64,000 bases of DNA from Carcharhinus longimanus (taxonomy: Eukaryota). The translations under genes and the position numbers were made by a program. The stretch spans positions 47,802,134 to 47,866,133 of the forward strand of contig JASCQW010000001.1 of assembly GCA_030264375.1 (NCBI GenBank), in the 5' to 3' direction. The notes under the pieces were generated by a model, which was not told the DNA's origin, made no database searches, and saw only the letters and a list, made by a program, of their open reading frames with translations. The first letter of the stretch is position 1. The number at the start of each line of letters is the position of its first letter. Positions 12,393-24,297 of this stretch are shown piece by piece.

Positions 12393-14437
12393 AAGTCTCT
12401 ATTGGGCCTTAATCTTATTTCTATTTTGCCTTTATTTTAGTCTTTATTGGGTATTGCTAAAAAAATTGGACTTATGCTTATTTTCATTTCTAGCCTATCC
12501 TACAAATGTAAGTTAGTTAGCTTCAGTTGAAATATTAACCAGTTGAAAAACTAAAATAATTTGTAACTCTAAATATTTTCAGTACTTCATTTTATATTGT
12601 TCCATGTGATACATACAAAGAGCTGCAATATAAATCTAATACATTAACTGTATATATTACTTGTGCATTGTAGAAAATTGGTCATAATGGTTCTCATTAA
12701 AGAAAAAAAATGACCAAAACCTAAATGTTATGCGATTAGCCTTTCAAAGTTTCCATATTGGATTGCAAAGGCTATCTGCTGCAATATGGGAATTCATTAA
12801 ATTAAATTGATCTTGATTAATATGAAGCTAAGAATTATGTTTATATGGACAAATTAAAAATTGAAACTCCTAATTTTTTTTAGCTTGGCTCACCTTTGGG
12901 GAGAAAGGGAAAAGGAAAAGATCCTAAAATAAATGGAGTATGTGCGACTTGGGGTGGCGGGAGGAGTACTCCCTAAGGCTTCTATTTCAATTTGTGTGTA
13001 GCTTTGTTTGAGGTGCAACATTCTTTCTTCAGCTGATGGCATGGAATGGGAGTCAGCACTCCACTACCGTAGAGAGATTTGCCATGCGCCAATTGTACGG
13101 GTAGGATAGGATTGAAATGTGTAAGGATTTCAGACAATAGCACCGCTTCTTTGGCTTGCACAAATTCATTGTTACATTGATCCCATGACCATTCCCACAT
13201 CTTGTTTTGGCCCAACAGGTTATGCATGGTTTTAAAATGGTTTCCAAATTTGGAGCAAATTTTCCAATGTAGTTCAACAATTCTAGGAAGTATCACAACT
13301 TGTTAGTACTCTAAGATACCCTTGACCTTTGAAGGAGATTTGTGAAGGCATGTGGCATCAATCACATGTCGCAAATAGGCAACAGAAGAATGGAAGAATT
13401 CACATTTGCCCATATGGTCTCTCAGACCATCGTCTTTCAATCTGTGAAGAATGGTATCCAAATTCCACAGATGTTCCTGTTCGCCTCTTCCAAAGAGTAG
13501 GATGTCATCCAGATAGCACTGGACTCTGCTTAGTCCACTCAGGATCTGATCAAATGTTGGAGTTAATGCAATACCACATGGTAATCTTTGGTACCAAGAC
13601 AAAGCTTTCTGTGTTCTGATTGTCAGAAGTTCCTGTGACTTCTGTGGCTTAGATTCATCTGTAAGTATGCCTGGCTCAGATTGATTTTGCCAAAATGTTT
13701 ACCTCCTGCCAATCCTGCAAAAAAAGCCATCTAGATGGGGTAGTGGGTGTTATTCAGCATGCAAGAATTAGATTAAGGGTGGCTTTGAATTCTCCACAAA
13801 TCTGTACAGATCCATCCTTTTTGATAATGGGTGCAATTGGTGTAGTCCATTCACTAATACTGACAGATTCCAAGACTCCCGTTTTCAGGAGTCATTCTAA
13901 GTCAACCTCGATTTTCGGCCTGATAACATCGCATTACTGACCTTGTCTTCAAGCATCTTGCTTGGCTTCTTTCTATAATCTTTAATTTAACAGTGATGTC
14001 TTTCATATGCCTCAGTTTTCAGTCAAACATTTTGCGTTAGCCATCAGGTAGGTCAAATATTTTGTAACCATGTTCAATCCTTCGGTGCTGGATAATTGCT
14101 CTTTATTACATGTAAATTGATATTTGCCTGTTAAGTTGCATAACTATGTCAATGTGGCCCTTCGGTGGAACCACTTCACCAGTGTATGTCTTTGACACTA
14201 TTCTTAAAGGTTTCAAAGGAATGTCTGAGTTTTTCCTTATATACAGAATGTGGCACCAGTGAGACTGCTGCCCTAGTGTTGACTTCCATCCTTATTGGCT
14301 GTCCATTTGGCATTGGAGTGATGCAGTATCTGTCCGTAGGAATGGCTAGCATATTCAGGAATAATTTGTCTTTGGACTGTGAGTCGCCTCATTTCTCTCT
14401 AACCTCTTGACAGCGTGAGCACTTTTTCGTTTGTTCT

Positions 14438-14665
14438 GGGGGCTGGTTTAGCTCAGTTGGCTGGACAGCTGGTTAGTGAAGGAGGTGACAACAACAGCAT
14501 GGGTTCAACTCTCATGACAGCTGAGGTTATTCATGAAGGCCCCGCCTTCTCAGCCTTGCCCCTCGTCTGAGGTGTGGTGATTCTCAGTTATATCACCACC
14601 ATCAGACCTCCCCCTCAAAGGGGAGAACAGTCTATGGTCCTCTGGCAACTTTACATTTACTTTTA
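14438..14665 (+). mobile_element. tRNA-derived SINE family D inserted in the Gypsy element
   Basis: A box tagctcagttgg, B box gggttcaactc, body ttgcccctcgtctgaggtgtggtga...cagtctatggtcctctgg, and (tttac)n tail. Confidence 0.75.
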
Positions 14666-15252
14666 CATGCTGTTTTGATATGCTTTTGCTTCTTCTTATT
14701 TTTGCTTGAAGCTTGCTTTTACAAAGAACAAAGAAATGTACAGCACAGGAACAGGCCCTTCGCCCCTCCTAGCATCGCTGTTCATGATGCCTACCTAAAC
14801 TAAAACTGTACGCATTTACAGTGTCTATATCCTTCCATTCCCATTCTATTCATGTATTCATTTAGTTGCCCCTTAAATGCGCTATCATACCTGCTCTCAC
14901 CACTTCCCTCGGCAGCGCATTCCGGACATTCACCACCCTCTGTATAAAAACTTGCCACGCACATCTCCTCTAAACTTTTCCCCATGCACTTTAAACCTAC
15001 GTCTCCTAATATTTGATTTTTCTATTCTATAAAAGAACATCTAACTATCCAGTCTGTCCATGTCACTCATAATCTTGTAGACCTCTAGCAGGTCACCTCT
15101 CAATATCTATTGTTCAAGTGAGAACAAATCGAGTTTAACCAACCTTTCCTCATAGCTAATACCCTCTAGACCAGGCAACATCCTGATAAACCTCTTCTGC
15201 ATCGTCACCAAAGCATTCACATCCTTCTGGTGGTGTGGTGACCAGAGTTGCA

Positions 15253-15325
15253 AAGTAAAGTTTATTTATTAGTCACAAGTAAGGCTTACGTTAACACTGC
15301 GATGAAGTTACTGTGAAATTCCCCT
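15253..15325 (-). mobile_element. Isolated type-B SINE tail inserted in the CR1
   Basis: tttatttattagtcacaagtaaggcttacgttaacactgcgatgaagttactgtgaaattcccc is the reverse complement of the type-B tail. Confidence 0.88.
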
Positions 15326-15882
15326 ACACAATATTCTAAGTGTGCACAATATTCTAAATGAGGCTGAAATAAGATTCAAAACAGCTGCAGCATGACCTGC
15401 CAATTTTCATACTCAGTGCCCTGACCGATGAAGGCAAGTATGCTATATGCTTTCTTGACTACCTTATCCACCTGTGTTGCCAGTTACAGTGATCAGTGGA
15501 CATGTACACCCAGATCTCTCTGCCTGTCAATACTCCTAAGGGTTCTACCATTTACAGTACAATTCCTACATGCATTGGACTTTCCAAAATGCATTACTCA
15601 CACTTATCCAGATTAAACTCCATTTGCCATTTTTCCACTCAAGTCTCCAACCAGTCTACATCTTGTTGTATCCTCTGAAAATCCTCTTAACTGCCTGCAA
15701 CTCACCAATTTTTGTGTTGTCTGCGAACTTACGAATCAGACCAGCTAAATTTTTCTCCAAATTGTTTATTAATACTATGAACAACAAAGGTCCCAGAACT
15801 GATTCCTGTGGAATACCACTAGTCACACCTTCCATTCAGAAAAGCACCCCTTTACTGCTACTCTCTGTTTTCTATAGCCAAG

Positions 15883-15951
15883 TAAGGAGTCTCCCAACAT
15901 CAAGTTAAAGTCCAAAAGATTTATTTGGTAGCACGAGCGTGTCACTCCTTC
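15883..15951. mobile_element. Penelope-like terminal fragment with 13-bp TSD
   Basis: caacatcaagttaaagtccaaaagatttatttggtagcacgagc flanked by ttctat(a/g)gccaag at 15870-15882 and 15952-15964; homologous to 48051-48123. Confidence 0.72.
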
Positions 15952-17439
15952 TTCTATGGCCAAGCCAGTTCTATTATCTTCATCACCTGCTTGAAAAACG
16001 CGATCAAATTAGTGAGTCATGACCTTCCCTTCGCAAAACCATGCTGTCTATCACTTATTTGTTTCCAAATGTAACTAAACCCTGTCCCTAAGAATCTTTT
16101 CCAATAATTTCCCTACCTCTGATGTTTGGCTCACTGGCCTATAATTTCCTGGATTAACCCCACTGCCCTTCTTAAACAAAGGAACAACATTGGCTATCCT
16201 CCAGTCCTCTGGAACTTTAGCTGTAGCCAGTGAGGATACAGAGATTTCTGTCAAGGCCTCGGCAATTTCTGCCCTTCCCTCCCTCAGTATTCTGGGATAG
16301 ATCCCACTAGGTCCTGGGGACTGATCTATTTTAATGCTTTTTAAAACACTCAATACCTGCTCCTTTTTGATATCAACATGACCCAGAATATCTACACACC
16401 CTCCCCTAGACTCCTCATCCATCAAATCCCTCTCTTTGGTAAATACTAAGGCAAAGTATTCATTTAGTATCTCACTTCATTTCCTCTGGTTCCATGCATA
16501 GATTCCCACCACTATTCTTAAGTGGACCAACCCTTTCCCTGGCTACCTCCTGCTCTTCTAGTAGACATGCTCGATATGCCCTTTTTTCCCCACAGTTTCT
16601 GCAAATTATATCCCTGTACCAGCATTGCACAGTTAAGTGGCCTGGCTTCACACATTAGCAACACGTACGAGTTTCAGAGCTCTTGGGTGTCGATTCAGCA
16701 GATGTTTTGTGAATTTGACTATTCAAACTCAGTCACTGAGCTTCTTTCAAAATAGCAATTACCATGGCCTTTCTCAGAGTAAGCTTAGTAACCGTTCCTG
16801 TATTGCCTCGCTTCACAGACCACAGACCAATCTATCCCAAATTGTATCATTCAGCACATCACTGAACTCACAGTCTGCTGCAAGTCTTTTTAATACAGCC
16901 GCAAATTGTCTTTTGTGAACTCTGAAGTGCTCTGCAATCACCAAAGGCTTCAGAGAACAGTTGCTTGCAGAGTCACCATGATTTGTTCATATGTATTAGT
17001 GCCTGGTTTCTCCGGTTGGTTTAAACTTCTGAGGAGATTGAGCACTTATCCCAGGAAGGTGGGAACCTGAATATCTTCTGCTATTTTGTTTGCCTGCGCA
17101 AAATAGCCAAAACACTAAGTGTAGGAGTTCCATTGCTCCACATTTCACCAAAGGGTCCTACAGCAATGAAAACCCTCACCGTTTTCTTCCTAATAAAAGT
17201 TCACCATGTGCACACTCTACAACATGTTTTCAGCAGCAACTTCATTGTTCCCATCTAAACAAGGCAACAACTCAAGCTTCAGCTTCTTATTTTTAAACAC
17301 CCTGAAATCTGTAATTGTTCTGCAGAAGATTATTATTCACGTCTACCTTACCTGTGATGTCCGGAGCACATACAAGAGCTCTTCTTCTAAGTCTTTTCCA
17401 ACGTTTTGTTTGATTGTGTTCTCTTTTTGAGTGGCTAGA

Positions 17440-17765
17440 CATAGAATCCTACAGTGCAGAAGGGGGCCATTCAGCCCATCGAGTCTACACGGATCACAAT
17501 CCCACCCAGGCCCTATCCTCATAGCTCCATGGCTAGCATTTACCCAAGCTAGTCCCCCTGACACTAAGGAGACATTTAGCACGGCCAATCCACCTAACCC
17601 ACATATCTTTGGACTGTGGGAGAAAAACGGAGCACATATAGGAAACCCATGCAGACATGGGGAGAACATGCAAACTCCACACAGTGAAATCCAAGCTGGG
17701 AATCAAACTCAGGACTCTGGTGCTGTAAAAAGCAGTGCTAACCACTGTGCCACTGTGTCGCCCCA
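17440..17765 (-). mobile_element. Full-length HE1-type V-SINE
   Basis: tRNA head, V-domain and CR1-like tail (catagaatcctacagtgcagaag) all present on the minus strand. Confidence 0.93.
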
Positions 17766-17800
17766 AGCAAGTGTCATTCAAAGTCATCATCACCAGTTTT

Positions 17801-17973
17801 TGTGTTGTCTTTCGTGGCATTGACGCCAACAAGCACAGAGGGTTAAAAACTAACAGCATGTTTGCTTCTTGCGGTAGTTTTGTGCACTAGTGACCTGTGA
17901 CATCACTCCGGTGATGACATGCAGATATTAATTCACACTGTGCCTACTGCAGCCACTAAGACTCAATATAATA
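17801..17973 (-). mobile_element. Probable 5' LTR of the Gypsy element, with primer-binding site at 17785-17795
   Basis: On the minus strand the segment ends ...ACAACACA, followed by AAAAC and TGGTGATGATG, a CpG-decayed TGGCGACGAG (tRNA-Ser type PBS). The start boundary is uncertain. Confidence 0.55.
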
Positions 17974-18344
17974 TGTTATAGGTGTTATAACTGGTATTCC
18001 GGCCACTATTTCTTTCCTCAACACAAACAGATTATTTCATCATTATCACATTGCCCTACACAGGAGCCTGCTGTGTGAAAATCAGTGCACTTTCAGGGTC
18101 CTGACCAACATTCATCTCTGAAGCAACAAGTAAAACAATGAAAAAAACATTAAAAATGTAAGAAAAGCACAAACCTGATTTTTTAAAATATCCATTGGAA
18201 GTAAGGTCTGTAAACATAATAAAGGCATAAAATGCTACAACAAGCATATAAAATTTGATGAGTAAACCTTTCCATTCAAGAGAATTTCCTTTGTAATGCA
18301 TTGCAATGTTTTGTTAAAGGAACTTTGGTACAAAGAGAAAAAAG

Positions 18345-18485
18345 GGCTTGGATTTATATTGCATTTTTCTCCATCTCACGACATCTCAAAGTGATTTGCA
18401 GCCAATGAAGTATCTTCTGAAGTATAGTCATTGTCGTAGGCAACTTGGCAGCTAATGCATGGAGAGCAACCTCCACAAACAGAGG
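18345..18485 (-). mobile_element. Deu-domain SINE (SacSINE1/AmnSINE1-like) 3' tail
   Basis: ttggatttatattgca...gacatctcaaagtgatttgcagccaatgaagtatcttctgaagtatagtcattgt is the reverse complement of the L2-derived tail of this SINE group. Confidence 0.6.
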
Positions 18486-18894
18486 GAAATATTTTTTGGC
18501 ACCCCAGCTCATTGTATAAATCTGAAATTGTGACTGTTAAAGTTTAAAGATTGAAGGATAAAAGTTTGAAAATAAAATCAAGTACCACCGAAAAGAATGG
18601 TCATTTTAGTAGCAGTGCCATCTAGTGTTGTGAAGTCTGCAGCATAAGTAGCATTACGTATAGAAAGCTGCAGCAAAGTCCAAATATAACACAGATCTGA
18701 CAGAATTGTAAGAGGGGAAGTAAGTGTGACAATCAGGAAAGGTGCGCTAAATGTAAGATTGGACAGTTGTCAATAAAATCAGAAGTGAGATGCTTATGTG
18801 ACTCAGTGTCGTATTTTGTTTTGTAACACTCCTGTGAAGCACCTCGGGATGTTTTATTACATCAAAGGAGCTCTGAAAATATTTGTTGTTGTTA

Positions 18895-19070
18895 AAAATT
18901 CCTTTATGCAACAAGTTGTAATGATCTGGAATTCATTGCCAGGATGGCTGTTGAATGTAGGTTCAGTAAGTTTCAAAAGGGAATTCGACAAGTAGTTGAA
19001 GGGGAAAAATTTGTAGGTCGGTGCAAAAAAAAGGCAGGGGAGGGGGACCAATCGGACGGCTTTTTTAATG
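18895..19070 (+). mobile_element. CR1 3' fragment, old
   Basis: NSFMQQVVMIWNSLP...SFKREFDK motif. Confidence 0.7.
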
Positions 19071-19429
19071 ATTTGGTGTTGTGGCTACTTGCATCTGCTC
19101 ACCATCCCATTGACTTTGAAAATCAAGGTAGTCCACTGATTAATTTAAATAAACCTCTTACCTGTTGGCCCATGCAGTTTGTCCCCCTTGATGTAAAAGC
19201 AGATCTCAATGGTCTCCCACCCTCCCTCCCAAAACAGGCTATTATTCAAGAATTTAAGCGAGGTCCAATGCTGGTTGTAAGGATCACAGCATTATTTCTG
19301 CATACCAATATGTGCAGCATATTTTGCACATGCTCTAGCTGTTGTTACTTAGTGAGAAGTCTGGAGTTAATCAACATTGATGAGCAGTTGTGTCTGTCCT
19401 CCACTTTCTCTAAATTGTCAGATTGCTTG

Positions 19430-19620
19430 ACTGCCGTCTGTACTGGAGGAGCAACTTTTTTTTTTCAAATTTTTATTCCATCCAAAAAACCAAATTCAAA
19501 TTGAATCTAATTCACAGTCCCCACATGAGAGACAAACAAGATCTAAGCTGACAAGACAAGGCATTGAGCTCCTTCCTGGGTTGATCTGACACTTCATCTA
19601 AGCCAAGGCTTTGAAAAATT
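19430..19620 (-). pseudogene. U2-snRNA-derived element, older copy (B)
   Basis: Minus strand GCCTTGGCTTAGATGAAGTGTCAG resembles U2 GCCTTTTGGCTAAGATCAAGTGTAG; the body aligns with 59977-60186. Confidence 0.7.
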
Positions 19621-19739
19621 GCATCCGGTAAAACTCTGGTTTAATCTCATTGGCCAACTTGATTCTTTGCCCTAACCTGGGCAAACCACCATCACAGGCA
19701 TCAGCACTTCCCAAGTGCAATGGGCTAGCCTTGATCCCT

Positions 19740-20970
19740 GCCTGTTTATGGTTCATTTTACTTCAGTTAGGTACTGTGAAGACTGAAGTTATTATTCATG
19801 GTCCCCACCATAAGTTACATTCTGTAGTCACAGATTCCATCCCTCTCCATGGCAACTCTCTGGGATTAAACCAAGCGGTTTGCAACTTTGGCATTGTATC
19901 TGACCTCGATCAACTTCTGAGCACACATCAGTGCCATCACAAAGACTTCCTTTTGACACCTCTGCACCATTCTTGGATTCTGCCCCCCTCGGTTCATCTA
20001 CTGGTGAAACTCTCATCCCTCTTTGTTACCTCCAGACTTGGATATTTCAATGCACTTCTGGATAATCTTCCACCCTATAGAAAACAAAGAAGATTACAGG
20101 ACAGGAACAGACGCTTCAGCCCTCCAAGCCTACACCAACCCCTACCCTTCTAATAGAGGGACCATACCCCTCTATTCCCATTCTATTCATGTATTTGTCA
20201 ACACGCACCTTAAAAGTCACTATTATATCTGCTTCCACTACCTCCCCTGCAATGAGTTCCAGGCACCCACCATCCTTTGTGTAAAAGAGTTGCCTTGTAC
20301 ATCTCTTTTAAACCTTGCCCCTCGCACCTTAAACCTATGCCCCCTAGTAATTGACTATTCCACTCTTGGAAAAAGTTTCTAGCTATCCACTCTGTCCATG
20401 TCCCTCATAATCTTGTAGACTTCTATCAGGTGACCCCTCAACCTCTGTCGTTCCAATGAGAGCAAACCAAGTTTCTCCAACCTCTCTTTAACTTCTCTCC
20501 TTAACTCTCCTCAACTTAAGCTCTTTCAAAACTCTGCTACTACATGTGGTTGACCTATTATCTCTCTGCTTGTTGGTTGGCCTAGATTAACTTCACGATG
20601 AACAACACCTCAGTTTAAAAATCCTCACTCTTGGTTTCACATCACACCCTCTCTCTGTAATCTCCAATCAAATAATTCTTCACGATATCTGAAGCCCTCT
20701 TGTTTTATCCTCTTGTTACCTCCAGTCCCAGTTTTAATTATTCCACCCATCAATGGTCTAGCCTCTAATCTCTGGAGTTCTCTCCCTAAAGCACACCATC
20801 TCTCTGTGTCCCCTAGCTCCTTCAGATTAGTCCTTAATATCTACCTGTTGGTCATTGCCCGAAGACAACCTTATGTGACACAGTGACTAATTTTGTTTGA
20901 CAACACAAGTGTGAAGTGCTTTGGGATGTGTTCCTACATTAAAAGTTGCTGTTTAAATCCAAGTTACCTT
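19740..20970 (+). mobile_element. L2 LINE 3' region, split by the CR1 at 20078-20490
   Basis: ORF pieces VKTEVII.GPHHKL and FVTSRLGYFNALL (L2 SRLDYCNSLL-type motif); L2 tail gtgaagtgctttgggatg...acattaaaag. Confidence 0.8.
20078..20490 (-). mobile_element. CR1 LINE 3' end
   Basis: (agaaaaca)-type tail and reverse-complement CR1 C-terminus (ccctcataatcttgtagacttctatcagg). Confidence 0.88.
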
Positions 20971-20984
20971 TGTTACTAAAGTTT

Positions 20985-21445
20985 ATTTGATTTGATTTGA
21001 TTGATTATTATTTGTTTGATTTATTATTGTCACATGTATTAGCAAACTGTAAAAAGCATGGTTTCTTGTGCGCTATACAGACAAAGCATACCGTTCTTAA
21101 AGAAGAAAACAAGAGAGTGCAGAATGTAGTGTTACAATCATAGCAAGGGTGTAGAGAAGTCCGTTCAGAAGTCTGATGGCAGCAGGGAAAAAGCTATTTC
21201 TTGCGTTGATTGGTATGTGACCTCAGACTTTTGTATCCTTTTCCTGACGGAAGACGATGGAAGAGAGAATGTCCGGAGTGTGTGGGGTCCTTAATTATGC
21301 TGGCTGCTTTGCTGAGGCAGCAGGACGTATAGACAGAGTCAATGGATGGAAGGCTTGTTTGCATGATGGATTGGGCTACACTCACAACATTTTGTAGTTT
21401 CTTGCGGTCTTGGGCAGAGCAGGAGCCATACCAAGCTGTGGTACA
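20985..21445 (-). mobile_element. Rex1/Babar LINE 3' end
   Basis: ORF SGCTTAWYGSCSAQDRKKLQ...SIIKDPTHSGHSLF..LPSGK; (tttga)n tail. Confidence 0.92.
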
Positions 21446-21799
21446 ACCAGAAAAATCCATGATGTATCTGTAAAAGTTATGCTTGTTTGCATGTTGTTGT
21501 TGTTCTCACTGGGGGAATCACTGATTGTATCACCTTTACTACTTTTAATGACTGAGCTTCATTGGATGGATGGTAATGTGAAAGTAAAAGTGCTGGGAGA
21601 TCTGTCCCCTCAGCAACCTCCATAAGCATTTGAAACTTCTGAACTCGCCAATACAATTTGCTAGAATAGCGTTGTATTCCTTTTCTTTTTCATTTCTGGC
21701 CAATTTTCTCCCCTCTACTTGTGAAGTGTTGGCTTCATACCAAAGAATGGTTTCCCTTGGTACCATGAAGCCATAATTTAATTTTTTTTCAGACAGCAG

Positions 21800-22122
21800 C
21801 TGCTTTTCCCATTTTCCCCGAGACCCGTCTTTTGTTCCTTTACTTGGCTTATTGCCATCTCCCTTTTCCTTGCAACGTTATCATTTTTGTCATTCTTTCC
21901 CTGTTCTTCACCCTCCTGCATCTGCCTTTGCCTCCCGTCAACCGTTTTCTCTGCTCCAGTGCCTGCTTTGAACCTGTGGCGCCCCTAACCTTTTCCTGCT
22001 CTGAGGAAAAGTCATCAGCCTGCGTGGTGATCCCTCCACAGATGCTTCCTGATGTGCTCAGTATTACTCACATTTTCTGGATTTACTTCAGATTCCCAGC
22101 ATCTGCAGTACTTTGCATTTGC
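21800..22122 (+). mobile_element. Penelope-like terminal region, decayed
   Basis: Pyrimidine-rich tract followed by ctctgaggaaaagtca...ctccacagatgct.cctga..tgct.agtatt...cagattcccagcatctgcagta. Confidence 0.7.
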
Positions 22123-22799
22123 AAGCATTTAGAAGACCACTGAGAATGGCCCAACCTTCTCTGCCTTGGTTCTGCTGCTGTTAGCAGTTTCACTGGGACT
22201 GGAACCACTGATTTTCCACTTGACCTGATGCTCAGCTCCCTGGTACAGCTGCGCGCAACTGCAGCCAGCATCGTTTGTTGCGGTTTTGAGATACGTGGGC
22301 AAAATTGCTTCCCAAACGTAACTGTTTTCTCCCCCTCCCAGTGATTCTATCAGCAGCACTAGCTGTGCTGAGCTGCCAACTTTTAAAATCAGTACAGATC
22401 CTGCCTGTTTTAAGGGTCTCCTGTGCCTGTGTGTGAACGTGCTCTGAGTGCCATACCAGCTGGTTACTATACCAGCTGGCATTACATTCAGTGGGATCAC
22501 ATTTAATAAGCAGGCTCTGCATTGATTTCAGATTCTGAAGCTTTGGAATACTAATCTCATTAGAGGTTGTTGACCCCATTGCTACACAGGATTGTGTACT
22601 ACCTCTAACACTCAGCCATGTAGCTGAGATGGCTTGCAGGTACCACTGGGTGGTAGACTTGGTGGCCATTTCTGTTGCTTCTGCAGCTGGTTTGACAGCT
22701 GCATTCATGAGCAGGTGTGATAGATCAGCTGTTCCGATATCAGTTGATCTTGCATGAAGTCCTCAGAAAACTGGAGGAGTGGATAGAGGCTGTCGGTGC

Positions 22800-23400
22800 A
22801 AGACGTTGCATTTATATAGCACCTTTAAAGTAATGAAACGTGGCAAAGTGCTTCGCAAAATTCATCGCGAGACGGAGCAAAGGAAAGATATGGGAGGGTG
22901 AGAGATAGTTGGGTAGATTTTCAGATGGTAATTAAAGGGGAAAGGGAAAGCAGAGAGGCCTTAGAAAGGAATTCCAGGGGATAGAAACAAAGTAGCTGAT
23001 GCTGAAGAGAAGCAAAGTCAATAAAGGAAAGCCTAAGTTTGAATAACACATTATTTGGGCATGGGGGAAGAGATTATATGAAGAGATGAGGTCACGAGAG
23101 ATCTCTAAATAAAGATGTGGATTTAAAATTTGTGTTATAAATGAGGGGGCTTGGTGCGCAACGGGTTTTGGGCTAAGTTGGAATTAATGAGATGGGGATG
23201 GGAGACAAACAAGGAGGACATTGGAATTGTTGCCATCCCTGCTGGAGGGTTGAGTATAAGAGATAGTGTGCACTCAAATGCAGGAATGTGATTAGCAGCC
23301 TGTGTCCAGTTGATTTAGGAGTGGAGGGATTGATACAGAGGTGGGTAATGTAAAGAAAGGTGTGAGGAAGTACGAACGGTAGCAAGGAGGTCACAATTAA
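22800..23400 (-). mobile_element. Old L2-type LINE 3' remnant
   Basis: Begins ttgcatttatatagcacctttaa...aaagtgcttcgc, the reverse complement of the L2 tail. Confidence 0.65.
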
Positions 23401-24000
23401 CAGCTAGTCTCCTTATTTATTTCTGCTATGATGGATAAATAAGGTTCTACTTGTTTGTTAAATTAATACTTAATACAGCAAGCCTCAACTTTATTACATC
23501 ATATAATTATAAAAGAGATACCACAGCATGCTTATTTACAATGGCTGCAAAATGGATTGTGAAGTAAATGAAAGCAACTGGCAAAAAGGTGCACATTAAT
23601 CAATATAGTTTTCAAATCGCTAACAATCTAAATCTTTAATTGTATCCTAACTATATTGGTTTAAAACCCAAGTACTATGTCAGCTTCTTAAATTAATTTT
23701 CTATTTAATTTTTAATTCATAACTGATTTAATTTTCCTTGGTTATAATTATCATTTAGTGATACAGTGATCCAACATGTTTATGTTGGGAGCATTTGAAT
23801 GCCCCACAGGAAATGCTTCATCCTTTTTGCATTCAACATTGCATCAATGTCACTATTTCAATGAAAGAGAAGTTTAAGGAGATTTGCTGCAGCCATTAAG
23901 TAATTAGAAATAGAACATTCAGCACCATTGTTTTTTTCCACTTATTTTTATCATAATTATTTACATAACATGCTTAAATAATTTGAATACACCTGATTTG

Positions 24001-24090
24001 TGGGTGGCGCGATGGCAGAGTAGTTAGCACTGCAGCCTCACAGTGCTAGGGACCGGGATTCGATTCCCAGCTTGTGTGGAGTTTGCACAC
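24001..24090 (+). mobile_element. V-SINE head fragment
   Basis: gatggcagagtagttagcactgcagcctcacagtgctagggacc...gattcgattcc, tgtgtggagtttgcac. Confidence 0.8.
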
Positions 24091-24297
24091 AGGGGCTTAT
24101 TGCAGCTTGCCAGGGATGCAAACCCTGCATCCCAAATCAGGCTAGCCCGTTTCTAGCCCATGATTGTTAATAAGTTATATCCATCAGTGCTATTTGTTGC
24201 TTCACGGAGTTGTGATAAATTAAAACTTAAATTTTTAGCCCTGAATAACTTGAACAATTTGGTTTGAGGTTGGCTTTGACTAGCTGCTTAGCAATTT

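Larger units (their letters stand above)
14722..16560 (-). mobile_element. CR1 LINE (ORF2 RT to 3' tail, internally deleted) inserted in the Gypsy element
   Basis: ORF 16075-16425 SPGPSGIYPRILRE...VPEDWRIANVVPLFKKG...NYRPVS...GKLLEKILRDR; (acaaaga)n tail at 14722. Confidence 0.93.
12975..17800 (-). mobile_element. Decayed Ty3/Gypsy LTR retrotransposon internal region (gag, protease, RT, RNase H; integrase missing), interrupted by younger insertions
   Basis: Minus strand: gag-like DRLVCGL motif (~16830), protease MEVNTRAAVSL (DTGA motif, ~14280), RT EWTTPIAPIIKKDGSVQICG (~13820) and VQCYLDDILL (~13510), LNYIGKFAPNL, and RNase H SYTQIEIEAL (~12990). Many stops and frameshifts. Confidence 0.93.

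Noticed and set aside
18944-19504. 186-aa plus-strand ORF
   Set aside because: Runs across a CR1 fragment, a decayed repeat and the antisense U2-derived copy; chance read-through.
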